Assembly (NCBI GenBank): GCA_951406725.2
Contig: OX597814.1
Location: 24,366,001 to 24,430,000 of the forward strand
Length of the DNA: 64,000 nucleotides
Direction: 5' to 3'
Origin: Octopus vulgaris
Lineage: Eukaryota
Part shown: piece by piece, positions 38,681 to 51,572 of the stretch
Layout: the number at the start of each line of letters is the position of its first letter
Numbering within the stretch: position 1 is the stretch's first letter
Made by a program: the position numbers and the translations under genes
The notes under the pieces: model-generated
What the model was told of the DNA's origin: nothing
The model's database searches: none
Seen by the model: only the letters and a program-made list of their open reading frames with translations

Positions 38681-41596
38681 TTAAACTTAATTATTTGCAT
38701 AAATTTAGTGAGCTAAATTCTGCTAGGTTTTGCATGTAACACTAAAATTACCAAGAAATTGAATACGCCATTAAATTGAATTTTAACCTCAGAATAAACA
38801 ATGTGTAAAGATTCCTGCTGCCCTCTGTTATTGGTGTGTATCTAATACTAGTCATCTTATTTGTGATATCTTTTTTTCTGTCAAACATACATCTTTTTTT
38901 TTTATTTCTTATTATAACAAACAAACAAGTATTAGAGAAAACTAAACCATTTTAAAGTAATCCTTTATGTTTTCTTTCTTGAAAAAGAAAATTCCCTTTT
39001 AGTTTGAATTTTTGCAAATCTCAGTCTGAACTGACTGAAAAACAAGTATCAATCAAATTATTCAAATCATAGACTTCTTTACTCAGTCTAAGTTTAGCAT
39101 TCTTAAATGTATCTTGTGTCATTCTGAACATGAAGCCACTTAGATATCTACATCACAAAATTCAAATTAAACATCAAAAAACTTTTAAATAAATCGAGAA
39201 ATGTAAATATTTCACATATAAAACAGCCACAATATAAATATACATTTAATGATGATAGAAATATCTTTTTTTTAACATTTATAATTTAGTATCCATTGTT
39301 TTCTAATACCTAACTAATAGTATTTCATAGTTATTTTATCTCTATATTTGCCATGATAGTCAACTAGTTACAAACATGAACCAAGGATGAAGCCTCTATA
39401 TAGATGCTTGATCTGCTAGAAATAGCATGTAAATATCTCTTAAATTCCACTACTGTCTATAAAAAATGTGAATGAGTTGAAGAGTTGAAAATGCTTCTGG
39501 TCACAGATCAGTTCAATCAGGGGTGGCCTGATATGAAACAAAAAATAACAGCAACAGCTAATCAGAAATTGAAACACCATTGAAAACTACTGAAGAGGCT
39601 GTTATGTAAAAGTATAACATAAGAAAAATGAAATTATCATGTAACAAATATAATACAAAAGTATTACTTTAAGTATATCTTCAGTTTATCTTTAAATTGT
39701 ATGAACAAGTTATTTTGCCTAAAGCTAAATCTATGCATAATTCCTTTTCATATGTTCCATCGTTTATAGGAGTGTAAGATTGGTACAAATTGTAGTGACC
39801 TTCCCATAGAACATCTTGTTTCTGTTGAATACTGTCTTGCTGCAATACTTCTGTAATAATTGTGCTCATTTCTAAATATAAAGATATAACATATGACCAG
39901 TAAATATATCGGTTTTTCCTATATCTATAGAAATATTGGAGAGATATGTGCTAATATAAGAAATTAGATTTGAATAGTTATTCCTATCTAATTGGTAAAA
40001 ATGATAAAACCAACACGTTATTATTAAAGGCCTCCCAATAATTAAATTTATTTCCACAATCTCATGGTTATAGGTCTTTGGACAACAATCAAAGAATATT
40101 ATTAAGTATATATTTATACATTTACATAATTTGTAGAAATGAAAATTAGAAAAGATGAAGATAAATGAAATCTAGATATATTGATTTTTACATAAGCACA
40201 GTGCCTCAGATTCCAAGTGAAAAGGAATTTAGGTATATTAAATCTATGAAAATATTTCAATTAGATTTTATGCGGTAAACATTTAATAAAAATCAAAGAA
40301 TATTTGAAAGCCGTGCCATCTGCTACTTTTAAAGTTGTGGTCTGATTAAATATACATTGTATGCATACATGAAAGTACAAGATTTCTCACTAAAGGAAAC
40401 TGTGAAAATAATTTGCTTCAGGCAGCTCTAGTGATACTAATAACTTTTTAGAAAACTATTCACTTAAGAGTTGTTTAAAGAGAACACCTTTGTTCACTAA
40501 TAAGATCTGTTTTTTTTTTTAAATCTCAGTACATTTTATTGTTTCAATGCATCATGGTTAAAGCATTTTGACTCCTTGATTAAAAGAGGAAATGGTTCAG
40601 CTGCAATATTTCTCTCTGATTTTAAATACCTTTAAGGTGTAAAGTAGCATATGGAGACATTTAGTGTGGTCCATTAGTTAAATCAGTAGAGTCAAGTACC
40701 AAGGGATGTGGATTAAATTATAGTGGTAAACAGATAATTCTGTTCTCTGATTCCATTAGTGGTGAAAGGATAGTTGCTACAAATAGAGATCTGATTCTGT
40801 TTCTAGATCAGTAGTCTTAAGTTGTCATCATTAACAAAGATGTCTCCAAGGATATAACAGACATGTATTGTCTAGTGGAGGACATTTTATAAACAGAAAA
40901 CATTAGAGAAGCAACTGAAAAGGAAACATTGTCCTTAAGAAAGCTGTTTTAATTACTCATAGATCAGTAAACAATGCTAAAGGACAGTGAAGGACACTTT
41001 ATTGATGGCCAGAATTAATGATTTGAAATAACAAGCCCAACACTGACATAACCTTACTTCAATATGCAAAAGTTAGTGACTCAAGGCAAAAGAATGAAAA
41101 AAAGGCCCTTTGAGAAATGAAATAATAGTAAGAGGACAAATTTGCTTCTTCAGCATTTTATTTTCTCGCATTTCTTTATCATGGTGTCTTTCTGTGTCAT
41201 TACAGTAGTCACATTTTTGACAACAATTTACATTGTATGGGAGGAAAGCTATGGTTCAATATAACATTATGCTTCAGACACACATAATAGTTGTGATAAA
41301 TTGCCATTTACATCGACATGAGTTCAAACTCTTTTGAGTTGTTTTTATTACTACTATTGTTATGGTGGTCGTGGTCATGGTCATATTGTTGATTGGTCTC
41401 AGGTCACTTCTGATTCAGTAGACTTACTGCGAAAGACATTCCAATTCATTACCATTTTATCTTATTGGCATATTGTATCTAGGAATGCGTAATCCAATGT
41501 ATCTTTTGCTTTTTAGTATTTTCAATAAGGAAGTATCATCATTGTTGCACTCATCATCATCATTATCCTCATCTTCATTATCAACAGCAGCAGCAG

Positions 41597-41775
41597 CATC
41601 ATTTAATGTCCATTTTCCATGCTGACATGGTTTGGAAAGTTCAACAGAAGCTGGTAAGCCAGAAGACTGTACCAAACTCCAATGTCTACTGTGTCATGGT
41701 TTTTCTGGCTGGATACCCTTCCTACCATCAACTACTTTATGGTACCCACTGTGTGCTTTTTATGTGGCACTAGCA
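41597..41775 (-). mobile_element. RTE 3' UTR fragment, old
   Basis: atcatttaatgtccattttccatgctg...ggctggatacccttcct...tgctttttatgtggcac. Confidence 0.7.
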
Positions 41776-43077
41776 CTAGTGAGGCTACCAAGTAACATAC
41801 AAAACAAGAGGCCCACTCCCAAATGAGAGGAAAGTATTTGTGTGGGAGATAGATTTATGCCAGGTGAGGAGAATGGTATCTTGCTACAGGAGAAATACAT
41901 GGTTACTCCATTTGGAAAAGCAAGAGGATGGAGATGATGCGTCAGGGTGTGCTCTCAATGTACAGAATTGTGAATATAAAAGAAGTGGATTTGGAAATAT
42001 GTGGCTAGTGTTTCTAGCAGGTAAAGAAACTATATGGAAACTCCCTCAATAGCTTGGTGTCACTCTGTTGTTTGATCACTATTCTGCTTCTTCCAGACCC
42101 AACACTGATCTACCTTTAATGAGATAATAGAAGGAAGAGTATTTTGCAGGAAAACCACTTGTTGTTGCTGCTGCTAACACCGAACTGCCAGAAATTGTTA
42201 TTCATTATGCCTGAAAAGCTTGTAGCTGTTTGTTACTAGAAATGTTGGTTGTAGACAAGTGTTTCCTCTCTCTTTATTTCTTCATTTATTTGCTTATTTA
42301 TTTTTTATTTCTTCATTTATTTATTTATTTATTTATTTATTTATATTCTTTAATTATTTACTACAGTAAGTGCCAGGCAAGTCTGTGCTGTAGCGAAATG
42401 AATAAGTCTTTTATGAGACCATATAGTCTCCGTTCAGTCCCTTTATGTGACATTTCAATTAAGTGCCTTCTACCAAAGATTTAGGTTAACCAATATTTTC
42501 TGAGTAAATTTTGGTCACTGGGAAACTGTGCAGAAGCTTATGTTTTTTTTGTATGTGTATGTGCATGTTTATATTATGCTGTATCTTTTTATGCTTCATA
42601 GCTTAACCGTTCAACAAAGGGCAATCGTTATGGTCAGACTTTTTCAGGTAAGTTTTTATCACTTATTTTTTTGTCAGTATTCCATAATGCTGCCATAATT
42701 TCCTGCATATGAAAGCACCAGCTTTGTCATACATGCACATGTATTCATTTATTGCTAAGTCTTGGTAGCCACAGACAATGTAGTAAATTGTTTCTTCACA
42801 AATACCACATGAATGCAGCTATTTAATGTATTCTGCTTCATTACAGGCTTTTGATATTTTATAGTAAGAAAAGCTTTGATACTCTACCACAATAAATAAT
42901 CATTCAGGTTCAGCTTTGATTCTTCTACTTCTCAGCCAGAGCTAATATTTTTCTTATCTGTTCCTTCACCTGTTCAGTTTTATCACATAGTGGTTATGTT
43001 GGAAGTTTTCATGCCGTCATTTTAGCATGGCATTCATAAGCCTTATTTTTAACATATATTCTATTTCTTTTATATAA

Positions 43078-43480
43078 GTGCAGGCAAGCTGTATGATTGA
43101 GAGGCTGGCTTTGCAACCATGTGGTTTTGAGTTCGGTCCCATAGTGTAGCAACTTGAGCAAGTGTCTTATACTGTAGCCCTGGGTTGACCAATGCCATTA
43201 TGAGTAGATTTGGTAGAAAGAAATTGTGTGGAAGCCCATTGTGTGTGTGCATATGTGTATGCATCTGTGTGTGTGGGCATGTATGTGCATGCGTGTGTAA
43301 CTTCCACTCAGTTTCTGTTTACCAAATTTAGTTACAAGGTGTTAATTTAGACAATTGTCTCCTATAGCCACAATTTGAGTCTATAGTTGAAGACACTTGT
43401 CCAAGTTATTGCTCGGTGGGCATGAACCCAAAGCTATGTGATCACAATGTGAGCTTCTTAACAATACAGACATACTTGGG
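43078..43480. mobile_element. Two old SINE A 5' halves in inverted orientation
   Basis: 43078-43250 (+) and 43305-43480 (-). Confidence 0.65.
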
Positions 43481-44016
43481 CCTAGTTGAGAATATTAAAA
43501 TAACATATTCGAGGTATATACAGATCTAGTGCTGCCATCTCTAAGCCAACAGTTATCCTGTGCCAATGAAGGAAAATAACCCAGAAAACATGGTCTGCAG
43601 GTACCATTTATGGTTGAGTGGGGACATGAGTTCCTTTCTTCGAGGTTTAAGGACACAGGTATGCATCAGTAGCCAGCTGGAAAGGAAGTGTTTCTGGGGC
43701 TGAAAAAGGTAGTAACATCGTCCTACTCAGGACTGCCAATTTATGTCAGCAAATAGATTTTACCTTCTCACTCAGAAATTTTAAACTAGTGATTTTCCTC
43801 TTTGATATATATATATATCTGTTACATGCAGTTAAATATATGTCTGGTTGTAGAGCATTCATTAAGCTGATGTGTTGTCTTTAAAGCAAAGCACCATTGG
43901 TCACTTTATGATTGGACATATATTTAACTTCATATTAATACATTGCTGTTCTATTCATTCAAGTGTTCTGCTTTTTCAGATATGATTCACTATTATGATA
44001 TATATATATATATATA

Positions 44017-44165
44017 TCGGTAGCCACTACACACATTTTTTCCTCTCCTTGTTTCTTTCTGTGTTCCTATCTGTGGGAGAGCATAGGCTCAAAACGTAAA
44101 AGAGCCTGTTTGTTTTCTACACCACCTGCCTTCATCTTTTGTTTTTTTTTTCGTGAATTCTCCTC
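44017..44165 (+). mobile_element. Repeat family P2 copy (internally deleted)
   Basis: Homologous to 8822-8995; starts at (TA)n. Confidence 0.8.
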
Positions 44166-44994
44166 CAGTACGCACACACACACATATATTCAATTTATGT
44201 ATACCAAATCCATTTACAACATATTGGTTGGTCCAGGGGTATAGTAATGTGATTTGCCCAAAGTGCACTGCAGTGGATTTGAACCAAAATGACATAGTTA
44301 CAGCACAAGCTTCTTAACTGTGCAAATATGCCTGCACCTATTCTTAACCACACAACCCTTAAATTTCATTGGTGAAGATTGGAATCTTTATCACTATAAT
44401 TCTTTTAGACATTTTCAGGAAAAGAGGGTTTTAAATCTCTCAGTATCCCTCCTAATTATTATTTCCATGTTGTCTGCTGCCAGCAAACATTTTAATTAAT
44501 AATGTCACCGATTTTGAAGTTTGAAGATTGGGGGGCAGCAGGAAGTAGCCAAGACAGTGGTAACATTAAAGTTGTCATCTAACTTCATAATTTTGCTCGT
44601 CAAAATGAAAAATAAATGACTTTTCCAAAGAATTTTCAAGGAAATAAAACAAATGTTTAGGCATTAATTCTGTCAATATTAGTAACGCTTGTGGTGCAAC
44701 ACAGCAGCGAGGCAGGCAAAAGCTTCCCTGTAACAACAACAACAACAGAGTTAATATATGCAATTATTTGACACTTGCCTTAGAAATCTGTAGGACACCC
44801 TATCTTGCTGTAGAGAACTGTCCTCCTTTGGGACACATCCATTATTTTTATATTTATGTATTTTATATTTTACTGTTCAATATATGTATTTTTTTTTCAT
44901 TTTATTTTATGTAAAACCCTCTCATTTTTGTAATTCAACTTTTTAAAATTTCCATTGTGTCACCACTGTGGCAAATAAAAAGTGCAATTATTAA

Positions 44995-45985
44995 AGTGGT
45001 CAGCTGGCAGAATTGTCTGAGGACAAGTGCTGCACAGTATATGTTTTGATGGTTTGCATTCTGTGTTCGATTCCACCAAGGGAAACTTCGCCTTTCATTC
45101 CCTCGAGTCGATATAAACCACATCATAAAGGCAGTGAGGTAGCTGAATTCTTAGTCTGATGAACAAAATGCTTTGAGGCTCTTCTTCAGGCTCTTTGTTC
45201 TGAATTCTAATCCCATCAAGATTAACTTTGTCATTCATCCTTTCTGGATTAATAATGAAAAAAAAATGTCCCAGACAAATATTGAGATCTATGTAATCGG
45301 CTAACCCAGTCCATCTAAATTTGCTGGACTTGTACCAAAATTTGAACCTGGCAGAATTGTTAGCATGCCAGACAAAATGATTAGCAGCATTTCATTCATA
45401 TTTATGTCCTGAGTTCTAATTCCACAGGGGTTAATTTTGACTTGCATCCTTTCAGAGTTGTTAAAATAAGTACCAGTTGAGCACTAGGACTGAGATAATT
45501 GACTACCCCCATCCCCAAGAACTTAGGGCCTTGTGCCTATTGTAGAAAGAATTGTTATTAGTATTAGCATGCAAGACAAAATGCTTAGCAGCATTCTGTC
45601 AGTTTTTTTGTTCCAAGTTCAAACTCCATTAAGGTTGAATTTGCCTGTCATCTTTTTGGGGGTTGATGAAATATGAACCGGTTATGCACTGGGATCAATA
45701 AAATCGACTAGATCTGCACCCAGAATTTCAGGCCTTGTGCCTTTAGTAGAAAGGATTATTATTATTATTAGGTGGCAAGCTCGCAGAATCATTAGCACGC
45801 AGGGCAAAATGCTTAACAGTATTTCGTCTTTCTGCATGTTCTGAGTACAAATTCCGCTGAGGTTGACTTTCCCTTTTATCCTTTCGAGGTTGATAAATTA
45901 AGTATCAGCTACGCACTGGGGTTCGATGTAATCATCTATCCCCCACCCCCAAATTTCATGACTTGTGTCTATTGTAGAAACGATT
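44995..45985 (+). mobile_element. Head-to-tail cluster of about five SINE B copies
   Basis: Units start at about 44995, 45128, 45348, 45563 and 45770, each with caaaatgctt..gagttcaaat..ctttcatcc..gat; several end in attattatt. Confidence 0.85.
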
Positions 45986-45998
45986 ATCATTATTATTA

Positions 45999-46031
<33 letters not shown>

Positions 46032-46032
<1 letters not shown>

Positions 46033-46497
46033 TTTCTTTTTCTTCTTTCAAATTTGCTTCCATTTCTTGCCGAGTGTCTTCCCGACTCCTAGGGCAAAGA
46101 AACTCTTAGTATACATTAGTAGGCCATTAAACTAAACTCAATAGTTCGTTCATTTTATTTTTTTTTAAAGTTAAATTAAAATACATGGGTAGTAATAATT
46201 CTCACATCAACAATGCTCTTCTCAATACGTGTGATGTACCAGTTAAGACAATCTTTTGCACTTCTTGCAGGGATGGTAAGCCAGGGATCATTCTCATATA
46301 ATTTTCGGTTCCCTTCTTGATCATTCCTAGTGCTCCTACGATCACTGGTGTTGTAACCGCCTTGAGATGCCACATTTTCTCAATTTCAATGAGTGGGTCT
46401 TTATATTTTCTGAGCTTGTCAAACTCTTTCGCTGAGATATTATGATCACAGGGGATGCTTATGTCGATCAATAAGCAAACTTTATTGTTTTGGTCTT

Positions 46498-46500
<3 letters not shown>
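46032..46500 (-). mobile_element. R4/Dong-like retrotransposon 3' end (restriction-like endonuclease C-terminus plus 3' UTR) in (TAA)n
   Basis: Open frame CLLIDISIPCD..KEFDKLRKYKD..IEIEKMW..PVIVGALG..VQKIVLTGTSHVLRRAL. (TTA)n on both flanks. Confidence 0.9.
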
Positions 46501-46530
<30 letters not shown>

Positions 46531-46794
46531 TTATTATTATTATTATTATCATAATTATTTTACTATTAGGTGGTAAGCTGGTAGAATCTTTAGCATGCTC
46601 GGCAAAATGCTTAGCAGTATTTCGTTTGTCATCACATTCTGAGTTCAAAGATGCACATATCATCAGCCACTAAGGGACATGCTCAAATGGTTAAGGTCAA
46701 ACAACTGACGAGCAAATTTGTGGTATTGAGCAGAAGTTATGGGAGCTAGTGCCTGGTACTGCATCAGGGCATTTATTATTATTACTATTATTTT

Positions 46795-47712
46795 TGTTTT
46801 TCTATGTTTGGCTTTTGCTTTGTATTTATATAACTAGACTCCAAGTCTCAATCAGAGATCTCAAGAGATATCAAGTTAGAAGTTCAGTTTGGTGTTATAA
46901 CTAGAGTGTAATATTTTGGGTTTTTCACAAAGTATTGTTTCCAAGAATGTCTGTCAAAACATAAGAAAATTAGAAGTTTGCTTTAAAAGTAATTTGATTA
47001 TAAGATGATAGTAAAAGGTGTTTGTTAGTAGGTACATTAAAATGTACTTTTGACAATATTTACATATTAAAATGTTTTGGGGATAACAAATACAATATAA
47101 TTCGTAGGATATGAACAGTTCCCATAAGCACTATTTTTATAATTTTTTTCCATTTTTACATTTCCTGGTATCTGAGCTAGATAGTAATTAGTCCCTTTTG
47201 CTATCATTCCTTGGGCACCTACGACAACAGATATTGCTTTATGTTCCACATTTTGCCAATTTCTATTTCACGCTCTTTATACTTGCTCAGTTTTTGGAAG
47301 GTCTTAACATTTATGTCAATTTATGTCATTTATGACATTTATGTCAATTGGGGCAATCATATCGATAAGGAGGCCTGCTTTTTGTCTGAAATCATTCAAT
47401 GTCTGGCCTATTTGCATCTATCTTTCTGTCAGTTCGAACAGTAAAGTTCCAAAGGAGTGAGATGTGATCGTTTTCAAGCACAGGAGGTGGTTTGTGTTCC
47501 CACCAGTTTTTATCATGAGGCAGGTCCAGGTCTTTGCAAATTACCCAGTGAATATACTGTGCCACTCTATCATGCCTGTTGAGATACTCTATAGGCAGTA
47601 GAAGGCTGTACATGGAGACATGATCAAGGGTTTCATTTTGTTGTTTACATACATGACATGTTCGGCTACTGCTATTCTTTAAGATGTTGGCCTGATACTT
47701 CTTGTAGGTAGG
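46795..47712 (-). mobile_element. Second R4/Dong-like fragment (CCHC knuckle plus RLE), frameshifted
   Basis: CHVC....ETLDHV...YLNRHDRVAQYIHW...LLWNFTVRTDRKIDANRPDI...VVVGAQG. Confidence 0.88.
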
Positions 47713-48007
47713 CAGGAGGTAGTATCAGCCAAAATGCTACACATTATATATTCTGCCATCACCTTACTTAATTGGTTCATAAAATAAGTACCTGATATAT
47801 ATTGTGAATCATCTAATCAAATTTCTTTCTCATAATCTCTGACCTTGTGTCATTGTTTAAAAATCATTCTTCTGAAGGTCTACAGAATTGTAGAAACATA
47901 GAAATCATTTAGTTGTATTATACTATGATCAACTTTGTTTTTCCTCTTCTCATGAGGGATAAATTAAGGACCAGTCATGTCCCATGTGTTGAGAAAGTTT
48001 GAACAAA

Positions 48008-48097
48008 TTACTGTTTAATATGAAATTTATACTACTATCATCAAGAGAGAAATTACTGCTTAATATAAAATTTATACTACTATTATCAAGAGAGAAT
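48008..48097. repeat. ~45-bp tandem duplication
   Basis: TTACTGyTTAATATrAAATTTATACTACTATyATCAAGAGAGAA, two copies. Confidence 0.9.
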
Positions 48098-48369
48098 ATT
48101 TATTGATTTCAATTAGAGTCTTTGACATGTTTGCTGACTCCTCTGCTAATTAGGATGAAGGTATATGGCCCAGTGGTTAGGATGTTGTGCTCATGAGTGT
48201 TAAATTAATGGATTGATTCTCAAGGCAGGTGATGTGTTCTGTCTTTGAGTAAGATATTTCATTTCATACTGTTCCTGTACTCTCAGCTGAAAGTGAATAC
48301 CAGTACTTTGCAGAGGTTTATACAGTGAAAACATGATAAGCAGAGTAAGGACAGCAGGGGAAAATGGAA

Positions 48370-48810
48370 AGAACTATTTCCTCCGTTAGCAACAAAGGAA
48401 GTGTTTTACATGGTATTTAAAAAGCTGCTGTCAAATGCAAGGAATATGTAACCACTGAACTTGATAGAAATGAGATGAGTATGTTCTACTGAATGTATAA
48501 TGTTTGATCTGAGGACAGAAAATGGCTGCAAGAGAAATCAGCTAGAGAGTGCAAAAGAGGAAAGTGTACAGGCATTTTGTGTTACATATGAATGATGATT
48601 CTTGCGTAAAGGAATATCAGTGGAAGGGAAAATATGGTAAAGTCTCACATAAGAAATATAGTGAGAGCAGAAAAACTTTGATTATCTAAACTTATCCATG
48701 CAACTTAGACAAAGGTGGAAGAAGCCATTGGAAACTGAAGATATAGGAATAAGTTGTAGAAAAAAGTGGTGAAGGCTGATATCAGGATGTTGAATCTTAA
48801 ACAGTCAACA
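48370..48810 (+). mobile_element. Old RTE ORF2 3' remnant
   Basis: Weak similarity to 56690-57090 (gaaatgagatgagtatg..aatgt; gtggtgaaggctgat). Confidence 0.45.
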
Positions 48811-48841
48811 AGATATGGTAACAGGTAACCAGACACTAGAC

Positions 48842-49180
48842 CAGGGGTTCTCAACCATATTGCATCCATGGACTCCTTTGATTACCATTTTATTCTGGTG
48901 GAGCCCCATAACCATACAATGTTTAAAAATTAGTTTTATAGAAATGCTTGCTAAAATTCCTGTTTTGTTTTTCATGCATTCACTAGTATAGGTTGAACCA
49001 GGTAAAATATTAGAGAAAGAAACCTAACTGATTCTTGCAATACATACGCATACATACATCTAAAGAAGAATTTTTTTAGGTGTATTTAAAATACTTTTGT
49101 AGATCCCAATTTACTATTTTTATTGTGGATCCCCAAAGGTCTTATATAGACCCTTAAGTGTCCCCGATGGAGAACCACTG
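48842..49180. mobile_element. hAT-like MITE
   Basis: CAGGGGTTCTC ... GAGAACCACTG TIRs; 8-bp TSD CACTAGAC/TACTAGAC. Confidence 0.88.
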
Positions 49181-49338
49181 TACTAGACAGAGAAAAACCC
49201 TCTAAACTATGAAAGTATTGCAAATAGGCTGATAATGATGATAAAAAGGTGATGTTAACAATGATGATGAAGATAATGTCAATCATGACAATGATTCAAT
49301 AACAGTGTACTGAATTACAATATATATGAATGATAATG

Positions 49339-49642
49339 TGGAGGCGCAATGGCCTAGTGGTTAGGGCAGCGGACTCACGGTCGTAGGATCGCGGTTTCGA
49401 TTCTCAGACCGGGCGTTGTGAGTGTTTATTGAGCGAAAACACCTAAAGCTCCATGAGGCTATGGCAGGGGGTGGTGGCGATCCCTGCTGTACTCTTTCGC
49501 CACAACTTTCTCTCACTCTTTCTTCTGTTGGCCTGCTCGCTTAGCCAGCAGGGTGGCGTCATTTGAAGGCTAAAACAATGCGAAGCACATTGTGACCAGC
49601 GATGTGTAACAACATCTGATAGCCTGGTCGGTCACGGTGATG
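49339..49642 (+). mobile_element. SINE family C, young
   Basis: GGAGGCGCAATGGCCTAGTGGTTAG A-box and GTTTCGATTC B-box; CpG-rich. Confidence 0.9.
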
Positions 49643-49689
49643 AATGATAATCTTTCCTAATTTATAATCCTGCAAAAGTCACCAGATTA

Positions 49690-50040
49690 ATAATACTTTC
49701 TACTATAGGCACAAGGCCTGAAATTTTGCAGGAAGGGGCTAGTCTATTATATCAACACTGGTACTCAACTGATATTTATTTTATTGCCTTTGAAAGAATA
49801 AAAGGCAATGGTGGCCTCAGTAGAATTTGAACTCTGAATGTACAACCATAGGAAATGCTGCTAAGCATTTTGTTCAGTATATTAACAGTTCTGCCAGTTT
49901 GCAGCCTTAGTCACCATAATAATAATAATAATCCTTTCAACTGTAGGCACAAGGCTTGATATTTGAGGGAAGGGATTAAATCAATTACATCGACCCTAAT
50001 ACTCAGCTGGTACTTATTTAATTGACCCTGAAAGGATGAC
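49690..50040 (-). mobile_element. Two SINE B copies with (TAA)n tails
   Basis: Reverse-complement match. Confidence 0.8.
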
Positions 50041-50044
50041 AGTA

Positions 50045-50381
50045 CTGTCTGATTGGCACCCATGCTAGTGGCATGTAAAAGGCACCATTTGAGTGGTCGT
50101 TGCCAGTGCCGCCAGACTGGATCCTGTGCCGGTGACACATAAAAAGCACCTTTCAAGTGTGGTCGATGCCAGTACCATCTGACTGGCCCTCATGTCGATG
50201 ACATGTAAAAGGCACCTGCTACACTCGCAGTGGTTGGCGTTAGGAAGGGCATCCAGTTGTAGAAACTTTGCCAGATCAGATTGGAGCCTGGTGCAGCCTT
50301 CTGGCCTGCCAGCCCTCAGTCAAACCATCCAATCCGTGACAGCATAGAAAGCAGACGTTAAACGATGACGATGATGATGAT
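50045..50381 (+). mobile_element. RTE 3' UTR with tandem subrepeats and (GAT)n tail
   Basis: Matches 57360-57735. Confidence 0.9.
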
Positions 50382-51366
50382 TCCATTAAATATACTAACA
50401 TGTTACATAGATACTCCATGAAATTACAGTTTCTTATTTTTAGCTGCCATTTTTACTACTAGCATAAATATAGTTTTATTAACAATTTTCTTTCTTTCAA
50501 ACTTAATCATTTTTACTTCACTTTCGTTTTACAAAATATTTTATTCTTTTTTTTAAAAAAAGAAACCATTAATTTCTACAGTGAAACAAAACCAGACCAA
50601 TATTTCACTCATTTTAAATACCCTTCAACCTAAATTTCTCACATAGAAACTAGTTTTCAACTTTGCATAAATTTAATGTCCTTTTTCTCTGTTATGCAAA
50701 GAAAAGCTCACGTAAATCAGACATTACAAGCTTGTAATTGGAGTCTCTTTTGAAAACTCCTTAAAACCAAATAGCTTAACAAGAAAACATATTATTTCTC
50801 TCTAAAATAATGTCTCTAAAATGAAATCTTTTAATAGATTGAAAGTGTTTGATGTATATTGTTCAAATGGGAACTGGTAATGTCTTCAAGTTGTACTTCC
50901 TCTATGCATGATTGAATAGTCACTGGTTCTCACTTTTTATATGCTTCATTTCACAGCCTCCAAGATTTGTTGAAGTACTTTTTTGTGTAAAATGTGAATA
51001 TATTTTAATTCTTTTGAATATAATTTCAACCTTGTTGTTCTTAACGAAGAAGTACAAAGCACAACTTCCATCCTGGTTGATTGCTCTGTTTTATATAAAA
51101 ATTGACCAGTGGAGTATGTCTTCACCACCATTGTTCCTGCATCCAATATTCTATGATGGTATGGGCTGGGTAAGTCTAGAATACATTGTATAGTCATTCA
51201 CCTTGATCTTGTGTCATCACTGTTAAATCCTATATTCTCAGATCAGACTTAATCACTTCCTCAACTTTGCATACTTAAGATACTTTTCCAATTATCAAAT
51301 GGACAGTTGGGTGAATTACAGTCTGATTCCTTCTGAATGGGGTTTCATTAATATGAAGTGTCTGAA

Positions 51367-51572
51367 AGGTGGGAGAATCGTTAGCATGCTGGGCAAAATG
51401 CCTGGCAGCATTTCATCAGTCTTTACATTCTGGGTTTGAATGACCCCCAAGGTCAACTTCGCCTTCTATCCTTTTGGGGCCGATAAGATAAGCACAAGTT
51501 GAGCACTGGGGTAGATGTAATTGACTTAACCCCTCCCCCCAAATTGCTGGCATTGTGCCAAAATTTGAAACC
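51367..51572 (+). mobile_element. SINE family B
   Basis: Sequence match. Confidence 0.85.

Noticed and set aside
49339-49415. Functional tRNA gene
   Set aside because: The tRNA-like head continues into a SINE body shared with 15234 and has no terminator.
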